From assembly GCA_002269645.1 (NCBI GenBank), contig NIVC01000175.1:744001-808000 (forward strand): a stretch of 64,000 bases of DNA, written 5' to 3'. Shown here piece by piece: positions 1 through 13,022 of this stretch (the first letter of the stretch is position 1; every line of letters starts with the position of its first letter). The position numbers were made by a program, and so were the translations under genes. The notes under the pieces were generated by a model. The model had not been told where the DNA came from. It was given only the letters and a program-made list of their open reading frames with translations, and ran no database searches. This DNA is from Macrostomum lignano. Lineage: Eukaryota.

Positions 1-758
1 GACAACCGACAAATAGATCTATCTTGATGAACCGGCCGCCTAGCCTGAAAAATGTTTAAAGATCACCATACCAGTTTTGAAAAACCTTTTTTTCATTAGC
101 TTTTATGTATAAGGTTGTTTAAAAACTGCGATTTTTCAAGTCTTCTCTGTTCCACTTGCTATATTTGATAACATTATGTATCGATTAACTGTGGCTAAGA
201 TCCTTGTTGATTATCGTATTCACAGCACACTGTGTTTAGGGAAAATTTGCCTGTTGTTTTTATCTAAGAATAAAATATTCAGCGGGATAGGCTTCAACAA
301 CTTCCCACTGTATCCGGATGCCCAGACCAGAGTCCACCTGTTGTTAGAACAGTGATACAAATGTATGTTTTTTATAGCTATGTGGTATAATTTAACTTGC
401 ATTTGTAAATTATTAGACTTTTAAAAGCCATTTTACTTTTACTAATTTTACTTTAACAGTTATTTTTAACAGTTTTATTTCATCTAAAACATTGCCTAAC
501 ATCAAGCCACTTTTTAAGAACAAAATACTCGACTTAGCTTTAAAGGTTAGGTTTAAATGCTTCAATTGCTTTTCCATAATAGCTACTTAATATTGTATTG
601 ATTCTATACGTTATTTATTTTGAAGTAGGGACACAAATATAATAGTTATTTTTGGCATAAATATTTTCCATTTAATAACAATTGCTAGTATGAATAGCAT
701 ATCATAAAAGCTCTAAAATATTCTAAAGAGAATTAGGTGTCTATACTTTTATCTTCAG

Positions 759-3700
759 GCGAAGTACTCAGACTTTGTTGGCTCCAATGTCAAGCAGAAT
801 GGGGTCGATGATATGGTGCTTATACCTCGAATTAATGAGGCCGCCATCACTGACAACTTAAAGATTCGATTTCTGAACAATGCTATTTATGTGAGTTCAT
901 AATTTCTTCTGTTTTTGTCATTTGAAAATTATCATGAGTAAGATTTCAACTGAAAGCACCTAATTTAGACTCAGCAACATCTTGGTACTGATGACTCATA
1001 TTTAATATGTTATACCATAATTTTAATTTCCACAGACCTACATTGGACCTGTGCTGATTGCAGTTAACCCATTCAAAGATGTGAAAATCTTTGACGATAA
1101 ATTCATCGACATGTACCAGGGCTCTGTGAGTTGCTTTTTGATACACAAAATGCATTAGAACTGCCATCATAAACTTTTTAATAATTTCTAAATAAAACTT
1201 TAGGCCCTGTTCGAGAATCCGCCGCATATTTTTGCAATCGCCGATCACATGTACAGAAGCATGGTGTCCGAAATGGAGAACCAGTGCGTTATTATCAGGT
1301 AAGAGTTGCTGGTGGCAGCTCAAGGGGTCGTCATGAGATTCAAAATTCCCATCCCATGACAGCCAACCCCCAGTGCACAGAGACTGTACATGCTTGACGA
1401 TTAGAAAGTCAGGGCCTCATTTTCCTCTCGGTGCGACCTTTGACTCTGTGAAATTCGCAAATTTGCAATATGCTTAATTTACTAATAGTAGCTAAATCGC
1501 TTTTTCAAATATAAAAAAGTGGCGAAAGCGGCGCAGGAAAGACCGTCAGCGCCAAGTTGATCATGAACTACGTCTCAAAAGTATCCGGCGGCTCGGGCCG
1601 TGTCGAAGAAGTTAAAGAAGTCATTTTGGAGTCCAATCCGCTGTTGGAAGCTTTTGGCAACGCGAAAACTGTGCGGAATAACAATTCAAGTCGATTTGTG
1701 AGTTCTCAATGGCGCATGGAAGTTCGAATTTTTATATACAAAAATTCAATATCGAAAAATGAAACAAGGAATATTGACTGCATTGCATGAAATCCTTGCT
1801 TTAACTCTCTCACCTCTCTCCCTCTCCCTCTCTCCCTCTCTCCCTCTCTCTTCCTCTCCCTCTCTCTCCCCCTCTCTCCCTCTCTTTTTCTCTGTCTCCA
1901 TCTCACTCCCTCTCCCTGTCTCCCCCTCTACCTCTCCCTCTCTCTCCCTTTCATTGTCTCTCTCCCTCTCTCTCCCTCTCTCCCTCTCTCTCCCTCTCTC
2001 CCTCTCCCTCTCTTTCTCTCTGTCTCCATCTCACTCCCTCTCCCTGTCTCCCCCTCTACCTCTCTCTCCCTCTCCCTCTCTCTCTCCATCTCTCTCCCTC
2101 TCTCTCTCCTTTTCACCCTCTCTTCAACTGCTGCTTCCGCATAGCCTAGCGGGTTGCAGCCCAGTGGTTTGAGCATCGGACTCACAACTAAAAAGTCGGG
2201 GGTTCGATTCTCGACCTACTTTGGAACAATTTGAGTCCTTGAGAAAGACGCTTACATGTAACTTTGCATTGCTTCAGTTCACCCAGCTGTAAAATGGGTG
2301 CCAGCATTAGCTGGGGTAATTGAGGCTGTGTGTGGCGACCCCCCAGTCCTTGGACTGAACAGCCGTACGCAGCCTTCAGATGCGCCGCGCAATAGCTGCG
2401 GCTGAGCTGTCGGTTGCACATCTGGAATCCGTGATATGATACAACTAAAATACAAAAAACATCAAAACGGCCCATTTCAGGGCAAGTACGTTGAAATTCA
2501 GTTTAGCCGAGGCGGCGAACCAGTCGGAGGAAAAATCTCTCAATTCTTATTGGAAAAATCTCGTGTTGTGCTGCAAAACTCGGGCGAACGAAATTTTCAC
2601 ATCTTTTATCAGCTTTGCCGCGGCACCAGACCGGAAATGAAAGGTTTGAAAATATTTGTTTAAATTCATGAATTTTTTCTACATGGTTTTTTCACATGAT
2701 TGGTTGCTCGCCTTCAATGCAGCCGCATTTAATCTGGCCGGACCCGAGTGCTTCTCCTACCTGAACCAGAGCGGCTCATTTGACGCTGACGGCATTGACG
2801 ATGTGAAGGAATTTGGCGAAACTCTGGTGAGACATTCTCTTTCCGAAATTGCTTTTTTTGTCGCTGTCAAATCTTTGTATTCAGGCTCGTGACAGCTGGC
2901 TGCAGTCTCAGTCCGCATATTGAGCTGCTTTTTTCGCGATCTCAACCCTCTGATCTCTGATCTCACTCTCTCAGATCTCTGATCTCACCCACTCAGATCT
3001 CTGATCTCACCCACTCAGATCTCTGATCTCACCCACTCAGATCTCAGATCTCTCCCTCTCAGATCTCTGATCTCACCCACTCAGATCTCAGATCTCTCCC
3101 TCTCAGATCTCAGATCTCACCCACTCAGATCTCAGATCTCTCCCTCTCAGATCTCTGATCTCACCCACTCAGATCTCAGATCTCACACTCTCAGATCTCA
3201 GATCTCAGATCTCTCCCTCTCAGATCTCATCCCCTCAGATCTCTGATCTTACCCTCTTAGATCTGTGATCTCACCTTCTCAGATCTCTGATCTCACCCTC
3301 TTAGATCTCAGATCTCACTCTCTCCGATCTTGATCTCACCCTCTCAGATCTCAGACCGCACCCTCTCAGATCTCTAATATCACCCTCCTAGACTTTTGAT
3401 CTCACCCTCTCAGATTTATTGTCTCTTCCTCTTGGATCTCTGATCCTACCCTCTTAGATCTCCGATCTCACCCTCTTAGATCTCCGATCTCACCCTCTTA
3501 GATCTCGGATCTCACCCTCTCAGATCTCGGATCTCACCTCTTAGATCTCCGATCTCACCCTCTTAGATCTCCGATCTCACCCTCTCAGATCTCGGATCTC
3601 ACCTCTTAGATCTCCGATCTCACCCTCTTAGATCTACGATCTCACCCTCTCAGATCTCTGACCCCACACTCTCAGATCTCATCCTCTCACATCTCAGATC

Positions 3701-6700
3701 TCATCCTCTTATATCTCTGATCTCGCCCTTTCATATCTCTGATCTCACCCTCTATCTTACTCTCATATCTCAGATCTCACCTTCTCACATCTCAGATCTC
3801 TTCCTCTCAAATTTGATACCCCGTCTGATTTCTCTTCTTCTTTCATTATTTTTCCGCCAATTTTCTGATCAAATTTACATATCATGGCGCAGTGAAACGC
3901 TATTTCCTATACTATCTGCAGTTTGTTTAGAATGGTTTTACATTTAAATTCTTGTAAATTATACCTAATACGCAAGAACCATGCAAACACGGCAGATATG
4001 TTGGATTCCGACAATTTTTACAATTTCGCTCACTTACGGCAAGCGCTTGTATTGCGCACAATTCATCAGCCATAATATAAACGAATCCAGTTGTCTCGCC
4101 CTTTTCTCACCTCTCCCTGTGTACAGTTCACAGGCTAAATTTGGACAAACTTTTTATTGAGCCATTTTATTTATCTTGTTTAGTTTATCATCTGCATAGC
4201 TGTCCACTCCGCTAACCCCCCCCACCCCACTCCGTAACCCCCTCATCTGCATTTTCCATCTGTGTTCTTAGAGAAAGACGGAGAAAGATCAGCGTAGCCA
4301 GTCGTTTTATAGAGAAGCAGACAGGGACTTCCCTAGACGCTAGCGACCAAATCAGCCTTTGACGAACCAAAGTTGGGAAACTCGAAAGTGAAGGATCCGC
4401 ATTTTGTTTTGGACACAAAAATAAGGAGCGCCAATTATAGGGCGCCAAAAAAAGGAGCGTCAACTATAGGGCGCCAAAATAAGAAGCGCTAAAATAAAGA
4501 GCGCCAACTATAGGGCGCCAAAATAAGGGGCGCCAACTATAGGGCGCCAAATAAGGAGCGTCAACTATAAGGCGCCAAAATAAGAAGCGCCAACTATAGG
4601 GCGCCAAATAAGGAGCGTCAACTATAAGGCGCCAAAATAAGAAGCGCCAAAATAAGAAGCGCCAACTATAGGGCGCCAAATAAGGAGCGTCAACTATAAG
4701 GCGCCAAAATAAGAAGCGCCAAATAAGGAGCGTCAACTATAAGGCGCCAAAATAAGAAGCGCCAAATAAGGAGCGTCAACTATAAGGCGCCAAAATAAGA
4801 AGCGCCAAATAAGGAGCGTCAACTATAAGGCGCCAAAATAAGAAGCGCCAAAATAAGGAGTGCCAACTATAGGGCGCCAAAACAAGGAACGTTAACTATA
4901 GGGCGCCAAAATAAGAAGCGCCAACAAGGGCGTAACTATGTAATTATATGGTAAACTTTCAACAAGAATTTAAAGAATTGGTTCTAGTGCTTCTAGTCCA
5001 GATTTTCAAAGATCCTTGACCGTATTAGGTGTGGGTTATAATTATCTGAGACAGTACAGGGTGCAGTGAACATTAATTGCATTTATAAACTGCTGGATGG
5101 AACTTCATTCAATATAGAGATGTTTTACTGGTTTAAGTAATAGAATTTTCGGCGTTTATAGTGTCTAAAAATAGTGAATCATTTTTCTATAATTTACCAG
5201 TTATAATTACCAGTTATTTCTTTCCACACAAAAATAGAGCCAGCTACTAGCTCACAATAATAGAAGCTGAATCGACACGCACCAGTTTGCACATCCGCAC
5301 TACTCTACTTGCTAAGTAGAAATATGAACAAATAGCTGCCTTAATTGTATTAAATTTCGAAAAAAAGAACAGGACAAATTCAACAACAAGTTTCGTTTTA
5401 ACGGGGTTATGAATTTTGCTTAAACTTTTTTTTAATTCAGCACGCAATGGAAGTGATGGGCATGGATGAGTCAGTTCAAGAGGACATCATCAGCGTGCTT
5501 AGCGGAATTTTGCACCTGGGCAATGTGCAGTTTCGCTCAGCCGCCGGCGACGATCAAGTCGACGTGGTGGACTTTCGCCAACTGGAGAGCCCGGCTGCGT
5601 TTCTGCAGATCGACTGCGAAACTCTGCGGCTGAAGCTCACCAGCCGGCTGATGGAGAGCAAGTGGGGTGGCAAGTCTGAGAACATCAATGTTCCGCTCAA
5701 CCAGGAGCAGGCCTGCTATACTAGGGATGCGCTGGCCAAGGGCCTGTACTCAAGGCTGTTCGACTTCATTGTTGAGGTAAGAATCGGCCCTTGAATCGAC
5801 CCTGAAGAATCGCCCCTGAACCGATCCTGAAGAATCGCCCTTGAATCGATCCTGAAGAATCGCCCCTGAACCGATCCTGAAGAATCGCCCCTGAACCGAT
5901 CCTAAAGAATCGCCCCTGAACCGATCCTGAAGAATCGCCCCTGAACCGATCCTGAAGAATCGCCCCTGAACCGATCCTGAAGAATCGCCCCCTGAACCGA
6001 TCCTGAAGAATCAGCCCTGAACTGATCCTGAAGAATCGCCCCTGAACCAATACTGAAGAATCGCCCCTGAACCAACCCTGAAGAATCGCCCCTGAACCAA
6101 TCCTGAAGAATCACCCCTGAACCGATCCTGAAGAATCGCCTCTCCCTGAACTGGCCCTAAAGAATCGCGCCTGAACTGGCCCTGAAGTATCGCTCCTGAA
6201 CTGGCCCTGAAGAATCTCCCCTGAACTTGGCCTGAAGAATCTCCCCTGAACTGGCCCTGAAGAATCTCCCCTGAACTGGCGCTGAAGAATCTCCCCTGAA
6301 CTGGCCCTGAAGAATTTCCCCTGAACTGACGCTGAAGAATCTCCCCTGAACTGGCCCTGAAGAATCGCTCCTGAACTGGCGCTGAAGAATCTCCCCTGAA
6401 CTGATCCTGAAGAGTCGCCCCTGAACTTGACCTGAGGAATCGCCTGAAGGATTGACTTTGGTAACCCAAAAAATCGCCTCCAACAGTCCGTCAACAAGGC
6501 GATGGTGACCCAAGGCAGCGAGGTCAACGTCGGCATCCTGGACATCTACGGCTTCGAAGTGTTCAGACAGAACGGATTCGAACAGTTCTGCATCAACTAC
6601 GTGAACGAGAAGCTGCAGCAGATCTTCATCGAGCTGACGCTCAAAGCTGAGCAAGAGGAGTACCGCCAGGAGGGCATTCAGTGGTCGGAGATCCAATACT

Positions 6701-9700
6701 TCAACAACAAGGAGATCTGCGAGATGATTGAGTCGAAAAACCCACCAGGAATATTTTGTGTACTTGACGACGTCTGCGCTACGGTGCACGCGGTGACTGA
6801 AGGCATCGACAGCAAATTCTGCCAGAAATTGGCTGGCACCTTCAGCTCCTACAGGTGACTTTGGAGGCCTTCGTTGAGTGCTAACTACTCGCTAGGAGCT
6901 GTGACAGACAGACAGACGCTGAGACAGATTCAGGCAGACACTGTTACATTAGCACATTCAAAGTTATGCTTCACATACTTAAGCGTTGTTAAAAATTGTT
7001 GCTAGAATCATAGTTAAGACTCAAATGCCACCAGAATTGGGTTTCAAATCGGCGCCAAAATTTGGTTTCAAATAGGCGCCAAAATTGGGTTTTAAATCGG
7101 CGCCAAAATTGAGTTTCAAATCGGCGCCAAAATTATGTTTCAAATCGGCGCCAAAATTGAGTTTCAAATCGGCGCCGAAAAAGGAATTTTAAATCAGCGC
7201 GAAAATTGGGTTTCAAATCGGCGCCAAAATTGAGTTTTAAATCGGCGCCAAAATTGAGTTTCAAATCGGCGCCAAAATTGGATTTCAAATCGGCGCCGAA
7301 AAGGAATTTTAAATCAGCGCGAAAATTGGGTTTTAAATTGGCGCCAAAAGTTAAAATTCAATTCGAAGCTTGAAGTAAAAATGTTTAAGCAACAGAGTTA
7401 GTAAAGAATGAATCTGAATTCTCATTTCAGGTATTTCAGCTACGCCACAGACCAGTTCACCATCAGCCACTACGCCGGCTCCGTGCAGTACTCTCCGTCG
7501 GGTTTCTGCGAGAAAAATCGCGACGCCCTGAACAACGACTTGCTGCTGCTGATGCAGAGCAGCTCAAACGCTTTCATTCGAGCTCTGTTCCCGGAGAAAG
7601 TTCAGGACAGGTCAAGGCCAACCACGGCTGGTACGAAGATTCGTAGTCAGGCCAATCGGCTGGTGAAAACTCTGATGAGCTGCACTCCGCATTACATCCG
7701 GTGCATCAAGCCTAACGAGACTAAGAAGCCGGGCGATTTTGATATGGAACGGGTGAAGCACCAGGTGATGTACCTGGGACTCAAAGAGAACATCAACGTG
7801 CGTCGGGCCGGTTTCGCCTATCGGAGGCCGTTCGATAAATTTCTGAAACGGTGAGCGCTTTTTTTCAAAGGATTTTTTACAATTCGTTGGGGGTTCTTTT
7901 CTTTGACATTTTTACAATTCTTTTACAAAAGAGGGTTGTAGTCTAGTGGTTAGAGCATCGGACTCACGACTGGAAGGTCAGGGATTCGATTCTCGACCCA
8001 CTCGAAACAATTTAATTAGCTGTAAAATGGGTGCCAGCATTAGCTGGGGTAATTGAGGGTGCGTGTGGCGACCCCCCACCCCCAGTCCTTGGACTGAACA
8101 GCCGTACGCAGCCTTCAGATGCGCCGCGCAATAGCTGCGGCTGAGTATTGGAATGTACAGTTTACCTGCCCCTGCCTCTCTTCCCCCTTTTCGCTCTGTA
8201 CTGTACACCCGCTTTATCGATCGCCCCAACCCCCTTTTTGACTCATCAATGCTAGGCCAACCCCTTTCCCCCATGCCTTATCTATAAATATCTCTGATTA
8301 ACTTGGTTGCTGATTTCTCAAATAGCCATTCATTAGCGGTTTGTGATCACGATAATTGGTCCAAGGGGTTGTGAGTCCAAGCGATTCACAGATCAAGGCA
8401 CAGACAGTGTACATGCCTGAAGATTAGAAAGACAGGGCCCTTGTACACCCTGTGAGAGAGTGCGTATGAGTGCATGTTAGGAGCCAGGGAAATGGGCAGA
8501 ATAGCCTTACATGTACAAGCGCCAGTTGTGGCACGATATCGCCGAGAAGTCGTTGCCCAAATCCCACAAGACTGTAATCTGATGAAACCGATATGTATCG
8601 TAATTAACTTTACAAAGAACTGACCGAAAACTTTTAGCTACGCCATCCTCACCAAAGAGACTTGGCCTCAATGGCGCGGCGATCCCAAGGAAGGCATCAA
8701 CCATCTGATGGCTCACGTGGCGATGGACAGGGCGCAGTGGCAGCTGGGCAAGACTAAACTCTTCATCAAGAGTCCAGAATCTGTAAGTGAAAATTATCCT
8801 GCTCCTATTATTAACTTAATCCAATCCAGAATAAAATAAAATTTGAAAAATAGTATCAAAATTTGAAATCCAAAAAACTCGAAATCCTATGATTCGAAAC
8901 CCCAAAATTCGAATTCTTAAAACTTGAGATCTAAAATTTAAATCCCGAAATTCGAAATCCCGAAATTCGAAATCCCAAAATTCGAAGTCCTGAAATTCGA
9001 AATCCCGAAATTCGAAATCCCAATATCCGAAGCCACCAATTTTGAGATCCCATGATTTCAAATCCTATTAAGTCGAAATCCCGAAATGGCCGACTCAATC
9101 CGCCAGCTCTTCATGCTCGAAGACGAGCGCCAGCGCCGGTTCGACCACTACGCCCGGGTCATCCAGAAAGCCTTCAGGTCGCACAATTCCGATCGAGCTG
9201 TCAGCAATCTGCGGAGTCGAGCTCGCGACCTCTACCACGGCAAGAAAGAACGGCGCTGGTGCAGCCTCTACAGGCAGTACGTCGGCGACTACATCGGGCT
9301 CGATGAGCACCCGGGACCCACCGCCTGCCTTCGCCGGGAGAAACTGCTGCGCAAGAAGGACAAAGTGTTATTCGCTGAGACTGTAGTGAAATATGACAGG
9401 CGCTTCCGGCCGGTGAACAGGGATCTGCTGCTGGCCGCGGACCGACTCAGCATCATCGGGCGCGAGCTGGTCAAGAAGGGACCGCAGAAGGGACAGATTC
9501 TTGAGGTGTGGGATTTGTCTGTTTGTCTGCTGGTCCTCAGGGCCACCAGCCTCCCAGATCCTCAGTTGCTGGGCCACCAGCCTCCCAGATCCTCAGTTGC
9601 TGGGCCACCAGCCTCCCAGATCCTCAGTTGCTGGGCCACCAGCCTCCCAGATCCTCAGTTGCTGGGCCATCAGCCTTCCAGATGCTGTTGCTGGGTAAGT

Positions 9701-11809
9701 CGAATCAAAAGATTCTAAAACGTCAACTCGCAGGTCATCAAACGCTCGGTGGCCGTCTCGGACATCCTATCGCTGCACCTGTCTCCCTACCAAGACGGCT
9801 TCCTTGTGGTGAAATGTCGCGATGGAGACGATTCTCTGCTCGAAGTGGCGTGCAAAACCGAGTTGCTCCTGCTGCTACTCGAACGGAACCCGGATTTGAA
9901 AATCGACTTCAGCACCAGCGTGGAGTTCTCGCTGCCGAAACGGGGCCTGCTAGGCAGGACCACCCGGCGGGTGAACTTCGTGTGCGACAGGGCCCGAGTC
10001 CGCCAGCCTGACTCGGTGCACGATCGGCGAGTTGCCACGGACGACTCGGCTCGGGTCGTGCTCAAGTCTTCGGGAATCGGTGAGGTTTTTTTCCTGTACT
10101 GTTTTAATTATTTCCAAGAATCGCCTTTAAGCAGTTAGAGAATCAATCGTTCTTGAGCAGTTCCAAGAATCGCCCCTGAGCAGTTCTGCAAAGAATCGCC
10201 CCTGAGCAGTTCTGCAAAGAATCGCCCCTGAGCAGTTCTGCAAAGAATCGCCCCTGAGCAGTTCTGCAAAGAATCGCCCCTTAGCAGTTCTGCAAAGAAT
10301 CGCCCCTGAGCAGTTCTGCAAAGAATCGCCCCTGAGCAGTTCTGCAAAGAATCGCCCCTGAGCAGTTCCAAGAATCGCCCTGAGTAGTTCTGCAAAGAAT
10401 CGCCCCTGAGCAGTCCGAAGAATCGCCCTGAGCAGTCCGAAGAATCGCCCTGAGCAGTCCGAAGAATCGCCCTAAGCAGTTCAAAGAATCGCCCCTGAGC
10501 AGTTCTAAAAATCGCCCCGTGAGCAGTTCTGCAAAGAATCGCCCCTGAGCAGTTCAAAGATCCAATTCTAATTAGTCTACTATCAGTAGAAAGACGATTT
10601 TTTTACAAAAATCCTGCAGGCGGCAGGGGCGGCCTCACTGTCACGGTTGGCTCCGGCCTGTCCAACACAACGGACGCGTCGGGTCCCCGGTCCAAGCAGG
10701 CTGGTGGCGGCGGGCAACGCGCCGTCCGTCAGCAGCCGCAGGTCATCGATTCGCGCCTCCCGCCAGCCGGCCAGCTGCCCACGGCCAGGCGCCGGTCGCG
10801 AGACAACAACAGCGGCACCAGCGAGCGGCAGCAGCAGATCGCGCAACGCCGGCAAAGTTCTGCAACCACCGCAGCCAGCGGCAAGCTGCCGAAACCGACG
10901 CCCGCCCAGCGACAGCAGCGACAACAGCCGAATCCGAATCCGAATCCGAATCCGCCGCCAATTCTCACTGACAGCGTCATCTATCAGGCTGTGCAAAAGC
11001 CGGGCCCGCCGAGGCCGCCAGTGCCGCGTCAGAAGCCGCCGCCTCCGCCGCCGACCGCAGTGCCGCGCTGTGTCGCTCTGTGGGCATACGACGCGCAGGA
11101 CACCAACGAGCTCAGCTTTAACGTTGATGATGTTATTGAAATTGTTAAAAAAGGTTGGAATCTTTGTTTTTTTAATGCCTAATATTGATTGCTTGTGGCA
11201 TTTATTACGACCGAATCGCCCCTGAACAGCTGAGAGAATCGCCCCGAACAGCTGAGAGAATCGCCCCTCATGAACAGCTGAGAGAATCGCCCCTGAACAG
11301 CTGAGAGAATCGCCCCTGAACAGCTGAGAGAATCGCCCCTGAACAGCTGAGAGAATCGCCCCTGAACAGCTGAGAGAATCGCCTCTGAACAGCTGAGAGA
11401 ATTGCCCTTCATGAACAGCTGAGAGAATCGCCCCTGAACAGCTGAGAGAATCACCCTTCATGAACAGCTGAGAGAATCGCCCCTGAACAGCTGAGAGAAT
11501 TGCTTTTCATGAACAGCTGAGAGAATCGCCCCTGAACAGCTGAGAGAATCACCCTTCATGAACAGCTGAGAGAATCGCCCCTGAACAGCTGAGAGAATCA
11601 CCCTTCATGAACAGCTGAGAGAATCGCCCCTGAACAGCTGAGAGAATTGCCCTTCATGAACAGCTGAGAGAATCGCCCCTGAACAGCTGAGAGAATCGCC
11701 CTGAACAGCATCAATAAATATTTTCCTTTCCGCAGACTCGGCCTGGTGGCACTGCCGACTCAACGGACGCGAAGGTCTCCTACCATCGAATTACGTTCGG
11801 GAACTTTGA
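759..11809 (+). CDS. MYO1E: Long-tailed class I myosin (MYO1E/F-like: motor, IQ, TH1, Pro-rich TH2, SH3), 14 exons, about 1127 aa visible; start exon not found in window
   Basis: Exons joined by hand with GT-AG and matching phase: 759-890, 1036-1125, 1204-1298, 1520-1697, 2481-2643, 2723-2826, 5441-5776, 6487-6854, 7431-7850, 8638-8782, 9107-9505, 9734-10079, 10620-11153, 11736-11809 (TGA). Total 3384 nt, open throughout. Motifs: GVDDMVL, P-loop [68 protein letters not shown] motif IQKAFR, SH3 [15 protein letters not shown]...[18 protein letters not shown]. Confidence 0.95.
1805..2124 (+). repeat. CT-rich polypyrimidine low-complexity tract (myosin intron)
   Basis: (CT)n/(CCCTCT)n with an internal block duplication. 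Confidence 0.9.
2151..2406 (+). mobile_element. tRNA-derived SINE, family A (CORE-like central domain)
   Basis: A-box CAGTGGTTTGAGC and B-box GGTTCGATTC, then CCTTGAGAAAGACGCTTACA...TGCTTCAGTTCACCCAGCTGTAAAATGGG. A near-identical second copy lies at 7933-8145. Confidence 0.75.
2938..3810 (+). repeat. AGATCT-containing minisatellite (about 22 bp, TCTCAGATCTCTGATCTCACCC)
   Basis: Visible tandem periodicity with degenerate flanks. Confidence 0.9.
4423..4925 (+). repeat. GGCGCC minisatellite (AACTATAGGGCGCCAAAATAAG..GCGCC)
   Basis: Tandem units of about 13-30 bp. Confidence 0.9.
5782..6450 (+). repeat. 25-bp minisatellite GAAGAATCGCCCCTGAACCGATCCT / ...CTGGCCCT
   Basis: The array starts at the splice donor and fills the intron. 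Confidence 0.92.
7040..7349 (+). repeat. Minisatellite TTTCAAATCGGCGCCAAAATTGRG (about 24 bp)
   Basis: About 12 tandem units. Confidence 0.9.
7933..8145 (+). mobile_element. tRNA-derived SINE, family A, copy 2 (internal deletion)
   Basis: tRNA-like head TAGTCTAGTGGTTAGAGC...GATTCGATTCTC. Shares CAGCTGTAAAATGGGTGCCAGCATTAGCTGGGG...GCAATAGCTGCGGCTGAG with 2151-2406. Confidence 0.75.
8862..9085 (+). repeat. 15-bp GAAATCCCGAAATTC repeat
   Basis: Tandem units ending just before the acceptor. Confidence 0.85.
9540..9680 (+). repeat. 31-bp minisatellite CTGGGCCACCAGCCTCCCAGATCCTCAGTTG
   Basis: About 4 units; same unit as 19866-20605. Confidence 0.9.
10125..10560 (+). repeat. 26-bp AAGAATCGCCCCTGAGCAGTTCTGCA minisatellite
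   Basis: Tandem units; GAATCGCCC family. Confidence 0.9.
11213..11709 (+). repeat. 23-bp GAGAATCGCCCCTGAACAGCTGA minisatellite
   Basis: Tandem units; GAATCGCCC family. Confidence 0.9.
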
Positions 11810-11850
11810 AGTTGCTGCAATTGCAGAAAAATTGTGAAAGCAATTTTATA

Positions 11851-11856
11851 AATAAA
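11851..11856 (+). promoter_or_regulatory. Putative polyadenylation signal of the myosin gene
   Basis: AATAAA about 40 nt after the myosin stop codon, followed by U-rich sequence. Confidence 0.5.
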
Positions 11857-12628
11857 AACAAAGTTCTTTCGGTTAAATAGAAAAGACGGAATATCTGTTA
11901 TTTACAGATGGAGGTACCCTTGTTTGCCTTTTATACATGCCTTCCATATTTGGAAATTGCGTTCTATCTTTCGAATTAACTAAGCCAATCATACTTGTGA
12001 TTGAATTTTTTTGTCTTTTTTCAGCTCATTATTTCTCTTGTTCCGTGATATCTAAGAGGTACAAATGTAGTTTTCTGTCTGTATTTTATTCAAAATTTTG
12101 TTATTCTACTCGTATATCCCAGTTGTGCCTCTTTGGTTAAACTGCTGCTATTTAAGCTGAGTTGCTTAAATCATGTGATTTGTTGTGTTCAGTAAGCGTG
12201 CCATTAAATCAGATTTATATTGAAATTGAATGAAATTTTGTTTAAAAATTATTTTCTTTATATTTGCTTCAGCGCCCGAATTGTCGCATGAACATCATTT
12301 TATTGACAATATTTCAAGTCGCTCTCCTTGGTAATCAGAAATATATTAATGAACTTGATCACCACTTCATTGATAAAAACGAATATACAGAGAAGAGCAA
12401 TAAACACTACTGCTGTGGAACTACCAGTAGTTAAATTAGTAAAATAACGTAAATAAACTTGAAACAATTTAAGTTTAAATTTAAAGAACATATTGAATAC
12501 TTTCTTTAATCTTAGAATCGCACCCTTTTCTGTTACTCTTAGTAGGCAAGTTCGGGATTTTTCTGCTTTATTTATTCTGGGACTTGCGAGTATTTTTGCT
12601 ATGTTTCAGGATATAGCCTACTTCGTTG

Positions 12629-12730
12629 TTAATTGCACAAGCAGAGCCAAGCCGAGATTCCAATTTAGCTCCAAATTAATGCGACTGCACTTGGAATCGA
12701 GCCTGGGTCGCTGGCACATCAGAGCGCCGC
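12629..12730 (-). mobile_element. SINE family B 5' fragment, inverted
   Basis: Reverse complement of about 43337-43440. Confidence 0.7.
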
Positions 12731-13022
12731 CCCCACTGAAATTTTGACTTTTTTGACATCTCATGTGTCATGTCAAAGATACTCGTATGTCGCTGGATGC
12801 AATTTTAAATGCTTCTGCTAGTAAAAGTTCACTTAGCAACGGTCGATGCGATGCAACGTCCTGTCACTTTTCCACATTTCTGGTTAGCGGTCAATTCACA
12901 TCCGGCATTTACTTGGGAAATTGGTACTACGAGCTACATTTTTCTCCCCCCTCCTGATCGCTAAATGTTGTCAAAACTCATGGAAAATGATAAAAAGAAT
13001 ATTTTATTAGGAAAGATGAACG

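Noticed and set aside
1-758. Myosin start exon within the window
   Set aside because: I found no convincing ATG followed by a GT donor, so it is probably upstream of the window.
5640-5730. Unusual myosin-I TEDS regulatory site
   Set aside because: The residue 16 positions before DALAK is Glu, as in vertebrate MYO1E, so it is ordinary.
6157-6789. Minus-strand ORFs opposite myosin, TRPM and GPCR exons (e.g. 6157-6789, 10583-11461, 59660-60685)
   Set aside because: They are antisense shadows of GC-rich coding exons with no recognisable motifs.
7933-8000. Functional tRNA gene
   Set aside because: The acceptor and anticodon stems do not pair properly, and the sequence continues into a body shared with 2151-2406, so it is a SINE head.
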